Notes under the pieces: generated by a model
What the model was told of the DNA's origin: nothing
The model's input: only the letters and a program-made list of their open reading frames with translations
Database searches by the model: none
Made by a program: the position numbers and the translations under genes
Shown: piece after piece, positions 40,250 through 47,834 of the stretch
How positions within the stretch are numbered: the stretch's first letter is position 1
How the letters are laid out: every line of letters starts with the position of its first letter
DNA from: an uncultured Armatimonadetes bacterium
GTDB taxonomy: Bacteria > Armatimonadota > UBA5829 > DTJY01
DNA length: 64,000 nucleotides
Direction: 5' to 3'
Assembly (NCBI GenBank): GCA_963717145.1
Contig: OY970325.1
Coordinates: 2,176,001-2,240,000 of the forward strand

Positions 40250-40935
40250 GACGCCTCCGCGTCCAATCTGTGACGCTTCTGCAGCACTCTCAGGAACGCC
40301 TCGACGACCTCCGGGTCGAATTTCTCCCCGGCCGATTTCTTGAGTTCGGCTACTGCGCGTTCCTCATCCATCCGTTCGTGATAAGAGCGCTCTGACGTCA
40401 TGGCGTCATATGCCGTGGCGACGGCGAGTATCCGAGCGCCGAGCGGAATCTCGTTTCCCGCCAATCCGTCGGGATAGCCGGATCCATCCCATGCCTCGTG
40501 ATGATGGCGGATGAACGGTGAGATCTCTCTGAGGAAGGCTACCTGCTTGACGATCTCCTCTCCGATGGCCGAGTGCGTCTGTAACTCACTCATCTCTTCG
40601 GAAGTAAGTCTCTCCGGCTTGTTCAGTATGGAGTGAGGCACGCGGATGTTGCCCACGTCCTGAAGGAACGAAGCGTATTCGAGGTCCTTGCCCATCTTCT
40701 TCGGCAGCCCCATATGCCCGGCGATCGCGGCGGCATACTCGGCCACTCGCTCACCATGTCCCACGGCCTTCAGGTCCTTGGTCTCGACCGCCCGCGCGAG
40801 GGTGAGCAGACTCCTGCGATACGCCCGTCCCATCCTACGAGGCAAGTGGACGTAGGAATACAGCGCGGCAACTACGGTTGCGGCTAATGCTATCGCAAAG
40901 GCGGGCGATTTCAGCAGTTCCAGGAAGCTACCCAT
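40246..40935 (-). CDS. Membrane-anchored HD-GYP protein with degenerate HD (QD)
   Basis: One N-terminal TM, GHGERVA, FLQDVGN in place of LLHDIGK, HHEAWDGSGYPDGL. Confidence 0.88.
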   Translation of the reverse strand: MGSFLELLKSPAFAIALAATVVAALYSYVHLPRRMGRAYRRSLLTLARAVETKDLKAVGHGERVAEYAAAIAGHMGLPKKMGKDLEYASFLQDVGNIRVPHSILNKPERLTSEEMSELQTHSAIGEEIVKQVAFLREISPFIRHHHEAWDGSGYPDGLAGNEIPLGARILAVATAYDAMTSERSYHERMDEERAVAELKKSAGEKFDPEVVEAFLRVLQKRHRLDAEAS

Positions 40936-42286
40936 TGTCGCTCTCCTGTTTCGCCGCCATGACGGTGAGGAATGCCTTGACGACGCGTGGATCGAACTGG
41001 GTGCCGGCGCCGTACCGCAGTTGATCTATGCCGTCGTCGATGCTCTTGGGCTTCCTGTCCTTGTTGTATTCGCGCATTTCACCTGTCATCGCATCGAATG
41101 CATCAGCGGCGGCAATGACTGCTGCTTCGATAGGTATCTGCTTCTCCGAGAGCGCATCCGGATATCCCCTGCCATCCGGACGCTCGTGATGCCCCCTGAC
41201 CCATGGCACTATGCACTCCAGGTACTGCATCTGGGTAAGGATCTCCGCTCCGCGCGCCGGATGCTGCCTGATCATCTCCCAGTCGTCGGGGGACAACTGG
41301 CCGCTCTTGTCGAGTACCACCTCGTCGACTCCGACTTTCCCGATGTCGTGAAGCAGGCCGGCATCCTTGATGTACATCAGCGACTGCACGGGAAGCTGCA
41401 TCTGCCTCGCGATCCGCTCAGACAGGTCGGCAACCCGCTCCAGATGACCCTTGGTGTACAGGTGATGGTGCTGAATGTATGTGCCGAGCGCGGTGATCGT
41501 CTCTCGGTACGTGTTCACGTATGTGACGTGCAGGTTCAATGCCTGTCGGGCAACGAAGAACGGGATGATCAGCAGCAGTATCCCCCACGGACCATATCGT
41601 ATGTAGAGCGAGACGAACAGCGTCGCGAACGGCACGCTTACGAACAGGTCGGGGAACGACCACTTGAGGTTACGCTGGGCCGAGACCCTCCAGGGCTCAT
41701 TCTCGCCGAGACTTGTTCCAGTGGCACAAAGCAGTGCGGTTGTGACGCTGTATATCCCGGCCCAGAGCAGCAAGTACAACACGAGTTGGATGTCCGGACC
41801 CGAACTGGTGAGCGCCGGACTGAGGAACGGCCCCCCGGCAACGACGTACACCAGCGAGGCAGCCGCCAGCGCGATCACGTGGTTCGCGTCATTGTAGAGG
41901 ACCAGCGGAGCCAACCATCTGAACGGCGTTCCCCACTGCGTGATGAACGGTGCGATCAGAATGGGAATCGTGCTGACGACGATCGTGGCCGCTGAATGAT
42001 GGCTCAGGAACATGCCCAGGACGACGGGAACGGTGACAGTGACCTCGATGTTGACATCCGGGAGTTTGGTGGGGAAAAGCTCGGTGAGGAAGATGACGCC
42101 CAGGAAGAAAAGCCATTCCCATACGAACGAGCGGTCGCGAAGGAGGAAGTACACCGCGACAAAGAACATCCCCGCTCCGATGACGGAAACCACGCGAGAA
42201 TAGACTGCGAATCTCGACGAAAATCTTCGCAATGGAGAATGCCTTGAACTTATTAGGCCGGAATCGGCAGCAAGCTCTCCAGTCAA
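40928..42286 (-). CDS. Multi-TM sensor HD-GYP cyclic-dinucleotide phosphodiesterase
   Basis: About 7-8 TM N-terminal domain, LLHDIGK, HHERPDGRGYP. Start uncertain. Confidence 0.9.
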   Translation of the reverse strand: MTGELAADSGLISSRHSPLRRFSSRFAVYSRVVSVIGAGMFFVAVYFLLRDRSFVWEWLFFLGVIFLTELFPTKLPDVNIEVTVTVPVVLGMFLSHHSAATIVVSTIPILIAPFITQWGTPFRWLAPLVLYNDANHVIALAAASLVYVVAGGPFLSPALTSSGPDIQLVLYLLLWAGIYSVTTALLCATGTSLGENEPWRVSAQRNLKWSFPDLFVSVPFATLFVSLYIRYGPWGILLLIIPFFVARQALNLHVTYVNTYRETITALGTYIQHHHLYTKGHLERVADLSERIARQMQLPVQSLMYIKDAGLLHDIGKVGVDEVVLDKSGQLSPDDWEMIRQHPARGAEILTQMQYLECIVPWVRGHHERPDGRGYPDALSEKQIPIEAAVIAAADAFDAMTGEMREYNKDRKPKSIDDGIDQLRYGAGTQFDPRVVKAFLTVMAAKQESDNG

Positions 42287-42322
42287 AACCGGAGAGCGGC
42301 CGTCCTAGGTCGCTCTAGGCGC

Positions 42323-42409
42323 CTATGGGGGCGGCCAGTACTTCGGGAACGCACCTGAGCTGAGTACTAACGCAGCCAGGGCTAGCAGCACTTTGACTAA
42401 GGTCTTCAT
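42323..42409 (-). CDS. 28-aa putative signalling-peptide precursor MKTLVKVLLALAALVLSSGAFPKYWPPP
   Basis: Translated by hand. SD gaaagggg 9 nt before ATG, basic n-region, hydrophobic h-region, short aromatic/Pro tail, TAG stop. Confidence 0.75.
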   Translation of the reverse strand: MKTLVKVLLALAALVLSSGAFPKYWPPP

Positions 42410-42557
42410 TTAGGTCAACCCCTTTCGTGTGGTGAGAATAATGCCCGTCGTCGCTAAAAGACAGACAATTTCACCGCTCCGCTCGGGTTGTTTGGATTCG
42501 CTTGTGTTTCGCGGATGCGACCCCTCAGCTGCTGCCGATCGCCGGCCTAAATTGTGT

Positions 42558-43214
42558 TTACTCTTCGATCGCCATACCGAGTCGTCGGTTAATGGCGTCT
42601 AGTGTAGCATTCACCACCGCTTTCCATAAATCCTGCTTTACGATTGCTGTGCCGGCAAGATAGTCCTCGCCCCTCGCAGTTATCATGTTCACGAGCACGA
42701 CCACAATGCTTCTACCGGACAGGGTTACCGAGGTATCCAGGTCCTCCAGGACGAGCATTCCGTCGGATCCCTGGCAGTTTTCGAGAGCGCGCAGAGTGGC
42801 GGTTGCAATCAGGCGCAACTGGTTATGGGACGAGCTGTGACCGGCTGCGCTGCCCGTGTAGATGTCCTCACCACGGATCAGTCGGACCATGGCTTCGGCT
42901 TTGGTTCCGTTGAGGGAGATGTGCACGTCCGAAAACTTGAGCCGCGAATCGCTGAACCGAAACTGCTTGCCGTTCTGCGTCTGAGCGACGCTGACGATCT
43001 TGTGGTCCAGCTCGAAGCCGTACTGGGCCATGAGCGCGGATTCGACATCCCGCACGACCTGCTTGGGGACTCTGCCCCCATCCGCCAGTACGTGCAGCTC
43101 TTCAAGCTCTCCGTCCTTGCCGGCTACGGCACACACGGAGATGACGCCTCTGAGAGAGCGGATGACCGCCTCAACCTCCATGGCTGATACTCGTCTGGGT
43201 GCTTCCATGTCCAT
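42558..43214 (-). CDS. Conserved hypothetical cytoplasmic protein (HVLA...PKQxxRDxES motif)
   Basis: ELHVLADGGRVPKQVVRDVES. The C-terminal AVVNATLDAINRRL resembles the end of a LeuA-type regulatory domain. Confidence 0.7.
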   Translation of the reverse strand: MDMEAPRRVSAMEVEAVIRSLRGVISVCAVAGKDGELEELHVLADGGRVPKQVVRDVESALMAQYGFELDHKIVSVAQTQNGKQFRFSDSRLKFSDVHISLNGTKAEAMVRLIRGEDIYTGSAAGHSSSHNQLRLIATATLRALENCQGSDGMLVLEDLDTSVTLSGRSIVVVLVNMITARGEDYLAGTAIVKQDLWKAVVNATLDAINRRLGMAIEE

Positions 43215-43222
43215 TCCTCTCG

Positions 43223-45250
43223 CTAACGGAACGATGCCGCCAGGTTCTTGACCAGGTAATCCCTGATCTGACCCATGCGTTCGTCTACCTCTTCGTCTCG
43301 AAGAGTCCGCTCCCGCGAACGGAAGATGATGCTGAAGGCCAAGCTCTTTTGTCCGGCAGGAAGAGGCTGGCCCTGGTAGTAATCGAACAGGCTGGCGCTT
43401 TCAAGTAAATCGCCGGCTCCGTTGACGATCGCCTCGTGTACACACTGGTATGGAAGGCTATCCGGCACCACGACAGCGAGGTCTCTCGAACTCGCCGGGT
43501 ACCGTGAAATAGCTCTGTATTTCTTATCGGCGCGAGTCGCGTCCATCAAGAAATTGATATTCAGTTCGAACGCAGATACTCTTGAGGCTAAGTCCAGCGA
43601 TTTGGTCCGGGCGGCGCTGATCTCGCCTATGACACCAAGCTCGGTATCTCCCAAGACTATCTTTGCACCCCTTGAGGGATGAAAACCGGGTATCGAGTCG
43701 GAGCGGAGGGTCACATCCGTGATGCCGATCCGCTCGAGGAGCGCCTCCAGGATGCCCTTGAGGAGGAAGAAGTCCGCCTGCAGGGAACCCTTGTCGACGT
43801 TCCATGCCTTGTCCCACGCGTTGCCCGTGATGGCGACGGCGACGTTGCCGTTCTCGATGATGGTTCCTTGGTCGTCGGGCTGAAACACCTGCCCGATCTC
43901 GAAGACTCCGAGGTCTCTGACGCCTCTTCCTGCGTTATATGATAATACCGCCAAAAGGCTTGGTGTTAAACCGCTTCTTAGGTAACCAAGCTCCTCGCTG
44001 AGAGAATTCCTCAGCGGAGTCTGGGCCGAATGCTCGTCGGGCGGTGTCATTGTGCTCGTGACGACTTCCTGCAGGCCGCATGAAATCAGCAGCTCGGTGA
44101 TCTCTCGGTCGAGTCTGACGTGATCGCTGTCGTGTCCCTGCATGCTCTCACCACATGGGAGAGTCTCGGGTATGTTCTCGTAGCCGTGTATGCGACCGAC
44201 TTCCTCGATGAGGTCCACCTCGCGCTCGATGTCGGCACGGAAGGTCGGAACCTGCACCCTGATCTGACCGTTGCGGCTGACTTCCATCCCGAGCCGGGAG
44301 AGGTAATCCGCCACCTGCTCGTCACTGAGATCCATGCCCAGCAGCATCCTGGTGCGCTCCGGTCGGATGGTGAGCGCGATGGGCTCGATCTTCTTAGGAT
44401 AGACGTCGATGACGCCGCGAGCGATCGTGCCGCCTCCCGTCTCCTGGATGAGCTGGGACACCCGGTCGAGTGCCTGGATCGTGAGGTTCGGATCCACACC
44501 CCGCTCGAATCGGTATGAGGCCTCGGTGGACATCCCCAGTTTGCGGGCGGTGCGACGGATCGAGAGCCGGTTGAAGTGAGCCGACTCGATCAGGACATTC
44601 TTCGTGCGGGAATTGACTTCGGAATCGGAGCCACCCATGACCCCGGCGATCGCGACCGCATGTCTCGGGTCGGCGATGACGAGCATATCGGGGTCGAGTG
44701 TCCGCTCCTCGCCGTCGATCGTGGTGATCTTCTCGCCGGCCGCCGCCTGTCTCACGATGATGTGATGGTCGGCCAGGAGATCGGAGTCGAAGGCGTGAAG
44801 CGGCTGGCCGAGTTCCAGGAGGACATAGTTGGTGGCGTCGACCACATTGTTGATCGGGCGCATCCCGGCGGCCAGGAGTCTCTTCTGCATCCATCCAGGC
44901 GAATCGGTGATGGTGGTGCCCGTGATGACTCGCGCGGAGTACCTGGGGCAGTTCACGGGGCTGGTGATCTCGACCTTCGCGAGGCTCTCGGCAGCCGGTT
45001 CACCCTCGACGAGCGATATCTTCGGCTCGCCCAGAGGGATGTTCAGGAGCGCCGATGTTTCCCGTGCGACGCCGACCATGGAAAGCAGGTCCGATCGGTT
45101 AGGCGTCACGTAGGTGACGAAGACGGATTCTCCTTCCAGTTGGCGTATCTCTTCGACTTCCAGCCCTGCCATGGTAAGGCGATCGGCAAGCGCTTGGTCA
45201 GCAAGCGTGAAATCGCTATATTCTCTTAGCCATGCCACAGGCACGAGCAT
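43223..45250 (-). CDS. pheT: Phenylalanine-tRNA ligase beta subunit (short form)
   Basis: TPNRSDLLS, RPINNVVDATNY, GQPLHAFD, C-terminal FDX-ACB domain. Confidence 0.96.
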   Translation of the reverse strand: MLVPVAWLREYSDFTLADQALADRLTMAGLEVEEIRQLEGESVFVTYVTPNRSDLLSMVGVARETSALLNIPLGEPKISLVEGEPAAESLAKVEITSPVNCPRYSARVITGTTITDSPGWMQKRLLAAGMRPINNVVDATNYVLLELGQPLHAFDSDLLADHHIIVRQAAAGEKITTIDGEERTLDPDMLVIADPRHAVAIAGVMGGSDSEVNSRTKNVLIESAHFNRLSIRRTARKLGMSTEASYRFERGVDPNLTIQALDRVSQLIQETGGGTIARGVIDVYPKKIEPIALTIRPERTRMLLGMDLSDEQVADYLSRLGMEVSRNGQIRVQVPTFRADIEREVDLIEEVGRIHGYENIPETLPCGESMQGHDSDHVRLDREITELLISCGLQEVVTSTMTPPDEHSAQTPLRNSLSEELGYLRSGLTPSLLAVLSYNAGRGVRDLGVFEIGQVFQPDDQGTIIENGNVAVAITGNAWDKAWNVDKGSLQADFFLLKGILEALLERIGITDVTLRSDSIPGFHPSRGAKIVLGDTELGVIGEISAARTKSLDLASRVSAFELNINFLMDATRADKKYRAISRYPASSRDLAVVVPDSLPYQCVHEAIVNGAGDLLESASLFDYYQGQPLPAGQKSLAFSIIFRSRERTLRDEEVDERMGQIRDYLVKNLAASFR

Positions 45251-45271
45251 CAGGGGTTCCTCACTGGACGG

Positions 45272-46321
45272 CTAGAACTGTCTAAGGAAACGAACGTCGT
45301 TCTCAAGGAACAGACGCAGATCGTCGATCGCGTACCGAAGCATCGGCATTCGTTCGATGCCGAGGCCGAACGCGAAGCCTGTGTACTTCTCCGAATCATA
45401 GCCGAACCGCTCCAGTATGTTCGGATGGATCAAACCGGCTCCGCCGAGTTCCAACCAGCCGCTCGACTTGCAGATGGCACAACCTGCGCCCCTGCACATC
45501 ACGCAGCTTATGGCGACCTCGGCTCCCGGCTCGACGAACGGGAAGAAGTCCGGGCGGAACCGCACTCGAGTGTCGTCGCCGAACATCAACCGCGCGAAGT
45601 TGGCCAGGGTGCCCTTCAGGTCGGCCATGCTGATGCCTTCGTCGACTGTGAAGCAGTCGACTTGGTGGAACGTATGCGAATGCGTTGCGTCCACTGCCTC
45701 GTATCGGAAGCAGCGGCCAACGGTGGCGATCCTCAACGGCGGCTGGCGCGTCTCGAAGACACGGCCCTGAAGCGCCGTAGTCTGCGTCCTGAGCAGAAGG
45801 TCGTCGGTTACGTAGAACGACATCTGCTCGTCCATAGCGGGATGGTCTTCCGGGTAGTTGAGCGCTTCGAAGTTGTAGCGATACTGCTCCAACTCCGGGC
45901 TCTCCATGATCTCGTAGCCCAGCCCGACGAAGATCTCTTTGACGCGGTCGATCGTGGTCGTAAGGAGGTGCCGCCTGCCGGTTCTGAACAACCGGCCGGG
46001 CAGAGTCACGTCGACCGCCTCCTGCGTGAGGCGGCGGCCGTCCTCCTGTGCCTGGATGTCCTCGATCTTGGTCTCGAGCCTTGCCTCCAGGTGGTTCTTG
46101 AGTTCGTTTGTGAGGCGGCCGAACTCGGGCCTCAGATCGCGGGGTAACTCTCCTACGGATCGCGAGAGTTCTGTTACCTTGCCCTTGCGCCCGAGATACT
46201 TGACGTCGACGTCTTTCAGATCGGTGGAGGAAGCGGCCTGGTCGATGGCCTGCTCCACCTCAATCCGCAGGGCGTCCAGTTGCTCCTGCACCGATCCAAT
46301 ATCTTGTAACCTCTCAGGCAT
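45272..46321 (-). CDS. pheS: Phenylalanine-tRNA ligase alpha subunit
   Basis: DATHSHTFHQ, FFPFVEPG, GFAFGLGIER. Confidence 0.97.
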   Translation of the reverse strand: MPERLQDIGSVQEQLDALRIEVEQAIDQAASSTDLKDVDVKYLGRKGKVTELSRSVGELPRDLRPEFGRLTNELKNHLEARLETKIEDIQAQEDGRRLTQEAVDVTLPGRLFRTGRRHLLTTTIDRVKEIFVGLGYEIMESPELEQYRYNFEALNYPEDHPAMDEQMSFYVTDDLLLRTQTTALQGRVFETRQPPLRIATVGRCFRYEAVDATHSHTFHQVDCFTVDEGISMADLKGTLANFARLMFGDDTRVRFRPDFFPFVEPGAEVAISCVMCRGAGCAICKSSGWLELGGAGLIHPNILERFGYDSEKYTGFAFGLGIERMPMLRYAIDDLRLFLENDVRFLRQF

Positions 46322-46345
46322 GGTGTTGCTTCTTTAGTGATTGGT

Positions 46346-46717
46346 TCAGGCGCTCGCCGTTGCCGCCGCCTGCTCTGATACCCTCTGAACCAGCGCCGAG
46401 AATCCGGCCTGGTCGTGGACCGCCATGTCGGCAAGCACCTTGCGGTCGATCTGAATTCCGGCCTTGGTCAGGCCTTCTATGAATCGGCTGTACTGCATAC
46501 CTTCCTGGCGGGTCGCCGCGTTGATGCGGGTGATCCAGAGCCGCCGGAAGTCGCGCTTGCGGACTCGGCGGTCGCGGTATGCATACTGAAGCGCGTGCGC
46601 GACGGCCTCATTTGCAGTCTTGAAATTATGGCTTCTATTGCCCCAATAACCCTTAGCGCGGTCAACGACTTTCTTGTGCCGCTTGTGGGTCATCATTCCA
46701 CGTTTCACACGTGCCAT
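46346..46717 (-). CDS. rplT: 50S ribosomal protein L20
   Basis: [31 protein letters not shown]. Confidence 0.98.
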   Translation of the reverse strand: MARVKRGMMTHKRHKKVVDRAKGYWGNRSHNFKTANEAVAHALQYAYRDRRVRKRDFRRLWITRINAATRQEGMQYSRFIEGLTKAGIQIDRKVLADMAVHDQAGFSALVQRVSEQAAATASA

Positions 46718-46746
46718 TCAGACTATCTCCTTTCGGTAAGGGTTTC

Positions 46747-46950
46747 CTAGGCGCTGATGCCGGGCATCATTCGCCGGACTCTGCGCCTGTCCCCGGTCGG
46801 GATTGTGGACTCGACATCCAGCCTGCGCCTTCGAGCCGCACTCTTCTTCATCATGAGGTGGCCCTTACCGGTGTTGTTGTGCATGATCTTTCCGGTGCCG
46901 GTAACTGTGAACCGCTTTGCAGCGGACTTCTTCGTTCTGATCTTCGGCAT
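46747..46950 (-). CDS. rpmI: 50S ribosomal protein L35
   Basis: MPKIRTKKSAAKRFTVTGTGK. Confidence 0.97.
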   Translation of the reverse strand: MPKIRTKKSAAKRFTVTGTGKIMHNNTGKGHLMMKKSAARRRRLDVESTIPTGDRRRVRRMMPGISA

Positions 46951-46985
46951 TCGCGTTCCTTTCAAGACGAACTTTGCCACAATGC

Positions 46986-47081
46986 TCCACCCTCCTCCTT
47001 CGTAGTGGCCGTGCCTCTGTGCCGGCCAGCAACGTTGTAGGCCGGCACAGAGGCACGGCCACTACGAAGGAGGAGGGTGGA
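46986..47081. repeat. REPIN-like hairpin, GTAGTGGCCGTGCC family (42-bp arms)
   Basis: Perfect inverted arms. Further copies at 61172-61236 and 63864-63928. Confidence 0.9.
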
Positions 47082-47227
47082 TGGCCCGTGGCAAGGTCTA
47101 CTTCCATAGCCAACGTCCATTCCCCGATGGGAATGATCCTTCGGTAGCACGATGCAGTGACGCTGCCGAAGCACGAAACTCTCGATGCGTCGGTAGCACA
47201 ACGCAGTGGCGCTGCCGATGCATCGAC

Positions 47228-47737
47228 TCAGGTCTTGGGAGTGAGGATCATCGTCATCGTTCGACCTTCGAGCCCCGGCGGTTTCTCGATCGCGGCGATC
47301 TCGGCGGTCGCTTCGGCAATTCGGTCGAGAGCACGTCTGGCGAACTCGGGGTGAGTTATCTCCCGGCTCTTGAACTGCACGGTGACTTTGACCTTGTCGC
47401 CATCCTTGAGAAACTCCACGGCATGCTTGAGCTTGAACTGGAAGTCATGCTCATCCGTCGCCGGACGCATCTTGATGATCTTGAGTTCCGAGATGTGATG
47501 TTTCTTGCGGGCATCTCGGTCGCGCTTCCCCTGCTCGTACTTGTACTTGCCGTAGTCCATGATCTTGCAGACGGGAGGAACGGCCGTGGGCGAAACCTCG
47601 ATGAGGTCTAACCCCTTCTCCCGTGCCATTGCAAGTGCTTCGCGAACGGACAATATACCGAGCTGTCCGCCATCATCATCGACCAGCCTGCATTCGCGAG
47701 CCCGGATGCGCTCATTTAGCCTGAAATCTCTGTTTAT
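47228..47737 (-). CDS. infC: Translation initiation factor IF-3 (likely AUA start)
   Basis: PPVCKIMDYGKYKYE, GDKVKVTVQF. SD gaggtg 7 nt before an in-frame ATA. Confidence 0.96.
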   Translation of the reverse strand: MNRDFRLNERIRARECRLVDDDGGQLGILSVREALAMAREKGLDLIEVSPTAVPPVCKIMDYGKYKYEQGKRDRDARKKHHISELKIIKMRPATDEHDFQFKLKHAVEFLKDGDKVKVTVQFKSREITHPEFARRALDRIAEATAEIAAIEKPPGLEGRTMTMILTPKT

Positions 47738-47805
47738 GTGCAATCACCTCATGAAAAGACTGACCGCAGCGTGCTGAGGTCACATGTTTCCACTTTCTGA
47801 GACAG

Positions 47806-47834
47806 AGTATACCAGAGTGTGTTCAGTCTGTCAA
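47806..47834 (-). promoter_or_regulatory. Sigma70 promoter of infC overlapping the thrS 3' end
   Basis: TTGACA-N17-TATACT with TG extension. Confidence 0.75.

Noticed and set aside
43500-44000. AT-richer patches inside the 3' part of pheT
   Set aside because: The frame and motifs are intact. I could not identify a convincing internal promoter or quantify the bias by eye.
46986-47226. CRISPR array or tRNA among the clustered hairpins
   Set aside because: No regularly spaced direct repeats with unique spacers, no cas genes and no cloverleaf motifs.
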